Origin: Oopsacas minuta
Taxonomy: Eukaryota; Animalia; Porifera
DNA: 64,000 nt
Direction of reading: 5' to 3'
Assembly: GCA_024704765.1 (NCBI GenBank)
Contig: JAKMXF010000099.1
Span: 734,419 to 798,418 of the forward strand
Each line of letters starts with the position of its first letter. The stretch's first letter is position 1. Of the stretch, positions 1 through 11,925 are shown one piece after another. The notes beneath the pieces were generated by a model. That model did not search any database. It had not been told where the DNA came from and saw only the letters and a program-made list of their open reading frames with translations. A program made the position numbers and the translations under genes.

Positions 1-184
1 TGGCTGCAAATAAGCAATTGAAAATTTCTGATTTTGGACTCGCAAGAGAAGTTGAGAGGGGATTTACTACTTCTGATCAAGATAAGGATTATTATCGCAT
101 TCATTTTCACAAGGATAAATTACCTGTAAGATGGATGGCTATAGAATCAATTACAGAGTGTATATTTACTACTAAAAGTGACGT
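1..184 (+). CDS. Receptor-type tyrosine kinase, exon encoding subdomains VII-VIII (5' part of gene is outside the window)
   Basis: Frame from nt 3 reads AANKQLKISDFGLAREVERGFTTSDQDKDYYRIHFHKDKLPVRWMAIESITECIFTTKSDV, containing DFG, YY and LPVRWMAIES tyrosine-kinase motifs. A GTGAGT donor starts at 185 (phase 2, inside the Val codon of SDV|W). Confidence 0.95.
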
Positions 185-1580
185 GTGAGTAATATATTTT
201 CATTATAGATAAATTCAACATCGTTTTAACAATTTTTCTTTTTCAACCGTTTCCATTTATCATATACTAACACAAGTCATTATCACTGATTGACTGCTAC
301 TTCAATTATTGTACTCGCAGCAGTAATGACAATGTCCTCATTGACTTTTGGCTTCGTTGTGTCAACGCCACTCTGATTAATCGCTATGCATGATCAGAAA
401 TTGGACATTATTTGTGCAGCCATTTTCCAAACAATTTTGTCACTTTGCGTTACACATGATGGTAACCACAAACTTCCAGGGAATCAAGATGTTATTCAAT
501 TTTTATCCCATGCTCCATCGGAATTTTAGGCTGTCTCGCTTGGGGCTATGTTCACAATTGGAATAATCTTATATCATTACAACCCCAAGTCGACATGTGG
601 TTCATGTATGGTCATGCGTGGTCAATTCGTCCTAGTTAGCCATTTTTGGTCATGGTGATTAAGATTGTCTAAAATTGCCATTGAAGAAAAACCTGATCAA
701 AAATGAAGTAGATATCTCTGTAGTCAAATTGTTTTCAGGTTTGGCCATATGACCACCAGAAAAGTTCAGAACTATTCTCTTGATCTTTTGATCCAGTTTC
801 AACTTTTGTCTAAATTGTATCTGATCCTGTGCATTAGATGAGCTGTACACAGATGTAAACAGTAGTAACATTTAAATTTTTACTATCAGATACAAACCTC
901 CAACAGTTTTGATATCATACCTTTTCAACCGATATTAGTCAATATTCAAAACCCACATATTGTTTATATCATGAAATTTAGAGGAAATATTGTCGTCCAA
1001 TTACTGACTACGACATTCTATGGTTCGAATTAGTAATACACAAATTACCCCAATCTGTGATTTCGAAATACAATTCTCCAGGTTCACAAAGTTCAAACTC
1101 AAATTCAACTCTAGAGGTGACCTCTAACAATGTATCCACAACTTATTCACTTTCTACATTACACTTAGGATTGTGAACCTGGAGAAGGGGAAATTTTCCT
1201 TAACTAAATATTCACCACGAACAAGGAATTCAGAATAGATATTTCGTAAGCCGGTATTACCATTAGTATCGAATTCCTTTCATTGAAGGTTACAATATAC
1301 AACGAATGAAAAAGCTCAAATTTCTCCACTCAAACAAACATATTTTTTCCCAAATATTTGATAAACTAAACTATGACCAGGTTGTGTTACAACTAAACAC
1401 GAAACTAACAGTGGACTAAACTCAACAAAAGCTATTCCTCCACATACTTTTAATGACATTAATCAAATGAAAAACTCATATATAAAAACATGCATCCATG
1501 GATTGAATAATTCGGATCTATTTCTAGCATTTGATAACCAATAGAACTTTCCGCAATCTACCAACACCTGAGCAGATGTA

Positions 1581-2489
1581 CACTAAGTGGACAAAAGTAT
1601 TTCAACACATATATTATCATAAATTGTATACTCTTTCCCGCTCCTATGTATTGTATAGTCTATATTCGTAGCTGCAATTTAGTAATTTACATAGAATAAC
1701 ATATGTTTCTCACGAATTTCAAAAAAATATTTTCGATTTGCACTTATTGAAGGTGTTAATTATTAATAATCATTAGATAATTATTGATATTCAAAACATG
1801 TGGTAATTCAAAGCCTATTAAGAATCTATAATTTCTGACTTGATATTTGAATTCTACGTAGGCAAGTTACCCCAGATTGAAATTTCCAATCGGATTGAAC
1901 AATTTTACCAAAGTTATAGAAGAATTTCAATTTGTCCCACTTGTGCCACTTTTTGCCCAAAGTGGCACAAGTGACCGCTACCAAGAGGTTATTTTGGAAT
2001 TCAAGGGTTAGCATAGTTATATCATTCGAAAATATTACTTCGACTTATCCTCCTAACCCTAGTTGATTCCTTGTAGTGGCGCTTTTTCCTGCCACCTGTG
2101 CCACATTTTGTAAAACGTGGCACAAGTGGGACAAATTAAAATTCTTCTACAACTTTGGTAAAAATGGTCCAATTCGATTGGAAATTTTAATCTGGGGTAA
2201 CTCGCCTACATAGAATTCAAATATCAAGTCAGAAATTATAGATTTTTGATAGGCTTTGAATTACCACATATTTTGAATATCAATAATTATCTAATAATTA
2301 TTGGTAATTAACACCTTCAAAAAGTGCAAATCGAAAATATTTTTTGAAATTCGTGAGAAACATATGTTATTCTATGCAAATTACTAGATTGCAGCTACGA
2401 ATATAGACTATACAGTATATAGGAGCGGGAAAGAGTATACAATTTATGATAATATGTTTGTGTGTTGAAATACTTTTGTCCACTTAGTG
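1581..2489. mobile_element. Non-autonomous foldback/MITE with ~370-bp TIRs, Tc1-like tips, TA target duplication (copy 1)
   Basis: TA|CACTAAGTGGACAAAAGTATTTCAACACA ... TGTGTTGAAATACTTTTGTCCACTTAGTG|TA. Arms at about 1581-1949 and 2117-2489 are reverse complements. No coding capacity. Confidence 0.92.
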
Positions 2490-2642
2490 TATTGTAGAAC
2501 TGAAATTGATTACTTCAGAATTTGCTTTATTAATACATTTAATGGAATCCTCCTTCAGGATGTTATACACGGCTAGATCAGAGGCAGATGATTCCTACAC
2601 AACAGAACACATCTTCTTGTACCTCAAATTCAACTGTAAATA

Positions 2643-3955
2643 CAGGGTTGGGCATAAGTTCTGCCACAATATTATAATCCAGCCAAAAATTATTCCATTA
2701 GTTATTTGTATCTGTCATTTAGCTCAAACTTTGTTATAATATATATTTTTCACTCTTTCCCTGAAATTTTATATTATCTTAGCCTTTTGAAGCGATAATT
2801 GGTCATGGAGCAAGAGAGGTCGAAAATCATTGAATTATTTCAAGCAGGAAAAAATCCTTCAGAAATCTTCAATCTTCTGAAATTCCCTAATAGCAGAAGG
2901 AAGTTCATTACTCGAACTATTGAGCGATATGAAGTGACTGGCGGGATTACTGATAAACCAAGATCTGGCCGTCCACGGTCTGTAACGACACAAAGGCTTA
3001 AAAAAGTAGTACGTCAACGAATTCGCCGAAATTCCTGCCGGTCAATGAGCAAAATGGCCAAAGAACTAAGAGTTTCACGTAGATCAATCGGACGAGTTGT
3101 TAAAAATGACTTGCATATGCGCTCTTTCAAGAGAAAGAGAGTCCATCACATCACGACCCTAGTGAAGGCAAAAAGAGCATCGAGAAGCAAGGGACTTCTT
3201 AAGAGGCACGCGATCCATGGTCTCAATTCATTCCTGTTCTCAGATGAGAAATTATTCACCATTGAGGAAGCAACGAACCCTCAAAATGATCGCATTATCT
3301 CATCCTCAATTTCTTCTATCCCAGAAGAACTTCGATATGTCAGCCGTATACAAAAGCCACTTTCAGTCATGGTTTGGGCGGGAATATCATCAATTGGCCG
3401 GACACCACTCATATTCGTGCCTGCTGGCGTAAAAATCGACACCCGAACCTACCGTGAGCTTATTTTAGAACCTGTAATACAAGATCTCTCTAAAACTATG
3501 TTTTCTGGGAAACCTTTCGTGTTCCAACAAGATGGTGCTCCAGCCCACACATCGAATGCCACTCAGGCCTGGCTTCGAAGCAATAATCCAGATTTTATTC
3601 AAAAGGAAGAATGGCCACCATACAGCCCCGATTTAAATCCAATGGATTATTCTATCTGGTCCATTTTGGAAACGAGGGCATGTTTGAAGTCTCACACCAA
3701 TATAGACTCTCTGAAAAAGTCTTTGTGTCGAGAATGGGAGAGAATACCCCAAGAAATACTCCGTGCCGCTGTAGAGGCCTTCCCTAAGAGACTAAAGGCT
3801 GTAATTGAAAGAAAAGGAGGATACATCGAATAATTAACGTATCTGCGAATCTATATACTATATTTAGTAGTACATACCGAATTTCAACATAATACAATAT
3901 ATCAATCGGAAAATATAGTTATTTAAAAATGTGGCAGAACTTATGCCCAACCCTG
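2643..3955 (+). mobile_element. Full-length maT-type (DD37D) Tc1/mariner transposon, 1313 bp
   Basis: Perfect 26-bp TIRs CAGGGTTGGGCATAAGTTCTGCCACA, TA on both sides, one uninterrupted transposase ORF. Confidence 0.95.
2805..3833 (+). CDS. DD37D (maT family) transposase, 342 aa from ATG 2805, no stops or frameshifts
   Basis: Paired-like HTH N-terminus with RSGRPR. FSDEKLF (D1), FQQDGAPAH (D2), then exactly 37 residues to SPDLNPMD (D3). Confidence 0.93.
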   Translation: MEQERSKIIELFQAGKNPSEIFNLLKFPNSRRKFITRTIERYEVTGGITDKPRSGRPRSVTTQRLKKVVRQRIRRNSCRSMSKMAKELRVSRRSIGRVVKNDLHMRSFKRKRVHHITTLVKAKRASRSKGLLKRHAIHGLNSFLFSDEKLFTIEEATNPQNDRIISSSISSIPEELRYVSRIQKPLSVMVWAGISSIGRTPLIFVPAGVKIDTRTYRELILEPVIQDLSKTMFSGKPFVFQQDGAPAHTSNATQAWLRSNNPDFIQKEEWPPYSPDLNPMDYSIWSILETRACLKSHTNIDSLKKSLCREWERIPQEILRAAVEAFPKRLKAVIERKGGYIE

Positions 3956-5029
3956 TATATCTAGATTAGCGTTTGATGAAACTGCTCTTGTAGAAATAGA
4001 AAGCTTAGTAAAGCTAAGACTCACTTCTAACCGTTTCAATGAATCAGGGGGGTTTGCTTTACGTTCCAACAGGGAATTTCTAGCAAAAGCAACTCTGACA
4101 ATTGACTATATATTACAGTAGTTGTCGTTCCACATTAAATACAGTCTGTCTCTTGTTGGGTTTATTTTACGGATAAACCAATTTGCGAATAGATCCCCAA
4201 ATATAATTAGATATTTTAACACAAACCGATGTCTTCTAGATCAATCCCTCGAAAGAACGAAACATTGAGACCATGAAGCTAGCCATTTACATTACATCCC
4301 TTTGTAATTCGAAATGTATGTGATTACATAGTCACACAAAATTACGGGATGAGTAACTTTAGCTAATTTAATTATCTTTTTCGTGATGAGTATCTTGATT
4401 TAGTCTAATGGGTCCCGTATTGATCTCAGTACATTGGGATGCGCGAAATCTACTTTTACTGTGCGTGTGCGATCTTATTATCGTTAGGAGAAGCCCTAAT
4501 ATTTCATAAACTATCAAATGTTAACGCTACCATGTAACACACTCAACTTAATTCTTCAGAATTGCGGCAACAGTAAAATTGAGATCGGACATCGAAAAAT
4601 ATTTGATAGAGGACAGAATTTGAGAATGTGCTGAACAGAAAACGATTATTTCGTTGAATTGATTGATTTGAATTGATTTGATTAAAATAATGGAGTTGAG
4701 CCCACAAATTGATTGATCTTATCACCATTTTAGAAATGATCTGACCACGTTGAATAGGTCAAAATCACATTCAAATCATTGAGCGTGCTTTTCCTTGCAG
4801 TGAGCGAGTTGTACTATCCCATAGCTATCTTACAGGTGTTGAGGTCTCTGTATGCTAAATTCGTACAGGGTATTCAATAAGCACGTGGAAATCATATTCA
4901 GAGTACACAGTACTATATGTTGAGTTTTCCATTCATCAATCATATATTAATTGATTACATAAACTTTGTAATACTATACTAACAACGATTTTCTGAGCAA
5001 TAATCAGATCTTTCCGTTTGTTGTTTGAA

Positions 5030-5440
5030 ATTAATGAATTTCGAGAAGTTAGAGCATCTCTGTAAAAAGGACTAAGCGCAACAGAAACAATCAAATGAGG
5101 TGAAAGATGTCCTCAATGGCAATGCCCCTAGTCTTTTTATGTTTGCCAAAGGTCATGCAGAATTCAAACGTAGATGAGAAATATCACAGGTGACCCTCAC
5201 TCAGGAAGACCCACATTTCTCACCATCCAGAAACAATCCAAACTATTTGTGGTATGATAGAAAGGATCACTGTATATCAGAAATATAGGAATATGGTGGA
5301 TTTATCAATTGGAACTTTTCATTTCATCATTCATGACCATCTTGGGCTCAATAATACAAATCAAGTGGGTACCAAAAACGTTATTGAAGATCAATTGAGG
5401 GCTAGACTGGGTACGAGCAATAGCATGATTGACTTGTCTA
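5030..5440 (+). pseudogene. Mariner transposase N-terminal relic
   Basis: Frameshifted reading shows ...AEFKR...GDPHSGRP... and ...DLSIGTFHFIIHDHLGL, typical of mariner HTH regions. Confidence 0.65.
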
Positions 5441-6620
5441 TATTTCCAAGAACTTATTGAAGACCCTGTACTTTTAGATAATATTCATAAAATTATGAGT
5501 ACTCTTAGTAAGAAATACAACGATGGTCTTAATGTTAATATTGTTCGGATTTGTGATTAGCATTGAAACCCCTGTTTGCTCGGTCAAAATATCCCAAGGT
5601 TTGGGATATTTTCTCAAGTATTTGTATTTTTGTATCCCTTTCTAAGAATGATCTCTCTAATCTTATGACAAAACAGATTATACTGACAATAATCTTCCGA
5701 TGTCCACTGAGTACGTATAAGGATTTTTGATCTGCCAAACTCTGACACTTTATTTTTTCCCATAGAGATGCTATTACTTTTTGACTGTTGAATACTAGTA
5801 CCCGAGTTATAGTTCAAGTTTATATACACTTTGGGATGGTATTCATATCATTCAATATATTTAGGATTCACTGGCTAGGTCCCTGAATAATAATAATGGA
5901 AAATAGGCACAATTTGGATGACGTCATTTTATCACATACACGTAATTGAATTGCGAATAACTCTATATAACAATAATAGTAATAAGAATACATATAATTG
6001 ATGAAATGTAATATATATGTCGACTGGCACATTAACCACGATAATGATGACCTCACCATAGTTGTGGGAATTCAAAATTTTTATTTTGAGATTTCGCAAA
6101 TTGGATTATATCATTGTTTGGATTCACTCACAAACATTATATATTTTTGCTAAGTCATCACAGCGTCAAGACTTACAAAATCCATCTAGCTCCATTTTTC
6201 TGTGAAAACAAACATATATACTTTTGATGAAAGTGTCGCTGAAGTTGTACAATTTGGTTATGTGGGGGGTCTCTAAGGAATGATATTGGTGCAGCCTAGC
6301 TTTTTTCAAGAACTGGGCTAATTATATTCAATTTGTCAACGACTCCAAAACCAAGTTCAAAGCAACTGGCACAACACTTTGGCTTGATAGGCTTGTGTCT
6401 TATGAGAATATCTATACTGAAACTCGTTAATACGATCACAAACGGACGGTCGCTCAATTTCTTTCATCTTATCTTGAAATACTCATTTGAGGTACTGTTG
6501 GTGGTTGTGTCTGTATTATTGGGTAACAATTACAACTATTTGTTTAGGCATAGACAACGCACCAGTATAAGGCCGTTTGGTCATCCAATGTTTAGGGATC
6601 CCATTCCCTAAACGCTAATG

Positions 6621-6739
6621 CAGCGGTCTCAACCAGTGTCCATGGCGCCTTGGCGTTCCACTGACGATTGTAGGATGTCCACATAATGTGTTAAGATTGG
6701 TATAAGGGTTTCACGGGTGAAACAGGTTGGGAACCGCTG
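6621..6739. mobile_element. 119-bp hAT (Buster-type) MITE
   Basis: CAGCGGTCTCAACC ... GGTTGGGAACCGCTG. Flanks CGCTAATG / TGCTAATT (6/8 match, nnnTAnnn pattern typical of Buster targets). Confidence 0.75.
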
Positions 6740-8269
6740 TGCTAATTTATTAGTCCCCCTTGGATCTAGAAAACACTAGGGAAATAGCTATCAATCGGTT
6801 GAGGTAAGTCCTCTCACGTAAAGGTCAATCTTATAGAACCTCTAGACTAATGGCCATATTACCATATAGATTTCTTGCTTGTTGATCCAGATTCTTTCCT
6901 TACACTAGTTAAATCGCTCCTTTTGTTCCTAATAGTACCCCTCACGATATGACTCAACTTTAGCTGTATTAGTTGTCACTACACTAAGATGTCCCAGAGG
7001 CTCTTTCCTGTACATCACCAACAATCCACAAAATACAGTGTCCATGAAACGCTAGATTTTATGTACGTCGTTGCACAAAAACGCAGGGATTTCACACTTC
7101 CCCCATCCTATAACCCTAGTGTTTTAAGAAAGTATATCACTAAATTACAGGGTCCCTAAAACGCCCTTACATCGTGTGGTGGCTTTGAGTACCCCACACT
7201 TGGTTACGAATGCATAGATCTAATACAAAAATGTAGTTGTAAGGTCCGTACAACAGTATAATATCCGCGAAACGGGCCCACTTGTTTCTAAAACCTTAAG
7301 ATATTTTGGTTAGTGCAAGCGTCGGAAAAACTGGACAATAATGAACTAATATGCTTTATACAAAGATTCTGACTGAACAGTCTGTGAAAATGCTAGCTAA
7401 TCATCTCATTGCCTGATTTAAATAAGCCCATGGCACAGGTTCAGAAAAATGGGACTGAGATATGTGACCAGGTCGACTAATAAACTGGGTGTTAATTTTA
7501 ATCCAGAATCTATGCTCTTTGTCCCTGATAAATGTAAAGGATTTTTCTAGAAGAGCAAACTATCGAGGAATATATAATGAATATTTCAGGGATTTCCCAA
7601 ATATCTAGTAAGCATATATTTGGTAAATATGTTATACTTTGATACCTCATAGTTTGTCAAATAATGGATATTCTTTAGAAATTACAGTATTATAAGATCT
7701 TTAGATACTTGGAGACCAAATATCAAAGATTTTTAATGATAAAGTTCACTCGTTCTTGAGTAACAGGAGGGACTAGGGATGAAACATTTTATGAATATCC
7801 AGCTATACTCAATAATCGTGAATTTCTTGTCAAATCGATATAGCCAATCTATACTTTATAACCGACTTCCCACAGGCCAGAGCTTACGAAACTATAGCCT
7901 TTCACGGTATTTATCCGTTAAATTTCTTCAAGTTCCTATAATTACATTAGTAATTCGGATATTCTCGATTACATAAAATTGATACAATTACCAGATATAT
8001 CAGTAGTTCCCAAACTAGGAGTCGCGGGATGCTGCATGAGCTCGAAATCTTAATTAGTCAATAAATCGAATTTCTTAAGTTGATATTTTCTCGTTTCAAT
8101 TTTATATTTATTTTTGATTAATCGAGTCTGTTTTTGGCTGCTTTCAATTTCTTCAAATCATAATGTTATGGTCTTAAGAACAAATCATTGTGTTATGTCA
8201 CTTAAGGTGATGACTTTTTAATACTATTCCATTTTCAGAACAACTATTATATAAAATATTTAGAATCAA

Positions 8270-10290
8270 ATACTATGGAAACAGTTCGAAAAAAGTGGAA
8301 ATTTGTAGAAAATTACATTGACTATGGTTTACTTGTATTCAAAATTCAGGAATTCATAAACTTCCGTGAGTTGTATAATGGGACTCTGTCAGCTGAATCG
8401 ATGAAACTAAATAAATTAATATTACATTGAAACTCGTCCTCCCGAGCATTTATCAAAGATCCTTCATTTTTAATTATGGAAAACTAACCTGAAGCAATCA
8501 AGATTGGATATAACAAGCATCAACAACACTTATTCGCCTTTATTGAAGCTTCGTATCTTGTCTCTTTTAGAATTGCAATAAAGCATAACCCTCATAGATA
8601 AACCTCATGGTATGCATCAGTTATGTACAGGTAAAATAATCTAATGAAGACTATTTGTTCTTGTCGTGAACTTGATACCATAATTAAAGCACAAGATGTG
8701 TCCGAAATGATTGACAATTTTTTCCAAGATAAAATACTAGTTTGGAAGAATCTTTGTGGGGTTTATAGTTATGGAGCGCCAGCAATGCTTGGTTCTCGTT
8801 CAAGATTTCAAAAGCTTGTCAAATACAGTTAAGGGACAAAAGTATTCGACCACACAAATATATTGTCATAAATTGTATACTCTTTCCCGCTCCTATATAC
8901 TGTATAGTCTATATTCGTAGCTGTAATCTAGTAATTTGCATGGAATAACATGTTTTTCAAGAATTTCAAAAAATATTTTCGATTTACACTTTTTGAAGGT
9001 GTTAATTATTAATAATTATTAGATAATTATTGATAATCAAAATATGTGGTAATTCAAAGCCTATTAAGAATCTATAATTTCTGATTTGATATTTGAATTC
9101 TACTTAGGCGAGTTACCCCAGATTAAAATTTCCAATGGGATTGAACAATTTTTACCAAAGTTATAGAAGAATTTCAATTTGTGCCACTTGTTGCAAAAAG
9201 TGACACTGGTGGCTGGAAAAAGCGCCACTACAAGGAAATCAACTAGGGTTAGGAGGAATAAGTTATAGTAATATTTTCGGATTATATGACTATGCTAACC
9301 CTTGAATTACAAAATAACCTCTTGGTAACGGCCACTTGTGCCTCTTGGGCAAAAGGTGGATGGCACAAATTGAAATTCATCTATAACTCTTGCAAAAATT
9401 GTTCAATCCCATTGAAAATTTAATCTGGGGTAACTCGCCTAAGTAGAATTCAAATATCAAGTCAGAAATTATAGATTCTTAATAGGTTTTGAATTACCAC
9501 ATATTTTGATTATCAATAATTATCTAATAATTATTAATAATTAAACCTTCAAAAAGTGTAAATCGAAAATATTTTTTTGAAATTCTTGAAAAACATGTTA
9601 TTCTATGCAAATTACTAGATTGCAGCTACGAGTATAGACTATACAGTGTATAGGAACGGGAAAGAGTATACATTTTATGACAATATATTTGTGTGGTTTG
9701 TCCCTTAACTGTATATATCACCCAGAGCCTCTGTTCACACTGCGTAATCCATAGACAATCACTAGCTTGTAAAACTATTGCCACCACAGCTCTTAGGAAT
9801 GATGCCGACAATATTAAAGATAGTCAATTTTCTCAAATCCAGTGCACTTAATACACGGCTTTCAGAGAGATATATAAAGATGTGACTCACCCTAATCACC
9901 AAACTCTACTCTTTTACACTCAAGTGCACTGGCTTTCGAGGGTAATGTTCTTAAACGAGTCCAAATATTGCTTCCAATGTTTAAAGTATTCCTTGACCAA
10001 AATGCAAAACATTAATTTTGGCATCTCTGATGAAACGAGTATAGTGCTTCTTCCCACCTTGGTGATATTTTTTGATCGCATGAATAGCTTAAATCTAATT
10101 TGTCCCCACTTGAGCGAAACATATTTGAGCGAAACCCGTTTGAACGAAGTCATAAATGAGTGAGCATTTCTTTTAGTGACCCACAAAGTAGCGAATATAG
10201 GAATGCAATTTCGTATAAGGAAATAATTGATTAAATGGGTTAATTGATGATTACACTGACATACAACATTTTGATCTTCTTTCTCTATTA
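8270..10290 (+). pseudogene. Buster-type hAT transposase relic, interrupted by the MITE at 8826-9711
   Basis: Fragments EASYLVS(F)RIA, ...VWKNLCGVYSYGAPAMLGSRSRFQKLVK (left of the insertion), HCVIHRQSLACKT and TLLFYTQVHWLSR (right) match Buster/ZBED8-type motifs DGAPAM, CxxHR and EVRWLSR. Confidence 0.85.
8826..9711. mobile_element. Foldback/MITE, copy 2 of the 1581-2489 family
   Basis: TA|CAGTTAAGGGACAAA ... TTTGTCCCTTAACTG|TA. Arms are highly similar to copy 1 but the terminal tips differ. Confidence 0.92.
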
Positions 10291-10559
10291 TTTGCATAGT
10301 GGAGATATATGTATGGAAATATTATCTATGTTTTTCATTCTCAAAGGTACTAAAAGTAAGAAATTTCTATTTTAGTTATGTCGATCTTTTAACTGATCAC
10401 ATGGTCAAAAATATTCCTAAATTCAATTCTACACATCACCCTTATTCAATTTATTTGGTTTTAAATTGTTTACATGATCTAAATTGCCTCTAATAGTAGT
10501 TATAATCTGTTTTATTCCACTCGACATTTAGTTTATTTGGTCATTTTATTTTTTATGGC

Positions 10560-10990
10560 TTCTCTGGTTTGTAAAAATTCTCCTGAAAATTTTTGTTATA
10601 TTTGTAGGGGATACTACAACTGACCAAAGCCAAAATATCACAAAAGCTGTAGAACGCTGTTATTTCGCTTATTTTGGATGCCATCTTGGGGATCAAGATA
10701 AGCCGTGGGCTCCACACAATGCCTGAAAGACGCTTGTGGTATATTGGGAAGAGAAATATGATCCCATTTGCGGTTCCAATGATATGGAAAGAACCAATGT
10801 GTCTTCTTTCGCATTGTTATTTCTGTATGACGAAAATTGATGGTATTACAAAATGAATAAATCCACTATTGCGTATCCAGACGTACCGTCCGCCATTAGG
10901 CCAGTTCCACATTCAGAGGACCTACTTGTACCAGTTTCATTGGAAATATTAGACATTTGCAGTGACAATGATAGTAGTGGAGATACAATC
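10560..10990 (+). pseudogene. Chapaev3-type transposase N-terminal fragment
   Basis: Reads ...CKNSPENFCYIC...CYFAYFGCHLGDQDKPWAPH...IPFAVPMIWKEP...HCYFC...AYPDVPSAIRPVPHSEDL; homologous to 44956-45573. Confidence 0.8.
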
Positions 10991-11000
10991 ATTGTCACTG

Positions 11001-11340
11001 CTATCTGTTTGTCTGTCTGTCTGTCTGTCTGTCCGTTTGTCAGTTGCTAAGGAAGCTGAAGTGGAATGTGGAATTCGTATTTCCAAAAATGTTTGTATCT
11101 ATATATCTATGGTATTAATCAGGAAAATAGACAAATTTCATAAATTTGACTAAAGGTTAGTGAATTTGCTGAATCCGAATCACGCTTATGGATTTCTCAT
11201 ATACAAATTAAAGTTGTTTATATGAATATAAAGTAAACAAAAAGTAAACAAATTTCAAAATTATCCTAGAAACGTGGTTCAACGGTTATTGTGGGGGTAA
11301 TCGGGCACGTTGATTCCGAATATCACACAAACGAATAGTC
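11001..11340. repeat. (GTCT)5 microsatellite at the edge of a dispersed non-coding repeat (possibly DINE/HINE-like)
   Basis: GTCT x5 at 11011-11030, followed by GAATCCGAAT-type motifs. A loosely similar segment lies in reverse at about 46380-46720. Confidence 0.4.
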
Positions 11341-11925
11341 AAAGCGAATGCCGAAGACCGAATACGGACACAAAGTGTTAGAATCCACGTGACGCAAGGA
11401 TGCATAATGCATTAGTGATAGTTAATATTAGTATGATTTGGTGGGTAATAAACATAAATGTATGTTTAATTTCATATATTAAATCGCATATTGGTGCAAT
11501 CTTCCAACCAGAAAATTACAAATTCTAGACCTGTTGGAAATACATGCTTAACCCATTCATAAACAATCCCTTCAAATTCTTCAATTTCAGCTATTTTTAT
11601 TTAATCATCAAAAACTTTTTACAATTTTGTATATCAGGGTTATTATTTAGAACAATACTTGAAAAAATATAAATGCAACAATTGTCTATTTTGTTTTTGG
11701 AAGTGCGTTAATTCCTAAATACGCTGTAAAAGTGAAATACCTGTGGATTGAGACATATTATACACCATTTCGAGTGGTATATTATCCACATTCTTATTCC
11801 ACTTGGTATATTCTCTTTTAATAATGTCAATTGATTTATTGATTTACTTGTAATCTATACTATTTGTGTGTCGTTTGATATTTCCAGCTTCAATTTCAAT
11901 CTATGGCTTCAAAGGATCATATTTT

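Noticed and set aside
7400-8000. Possible LINE RT fragments (FLSNR motifs)
   Set aside because: Only a short motif, with no ordered RT blocks; too weak to call.
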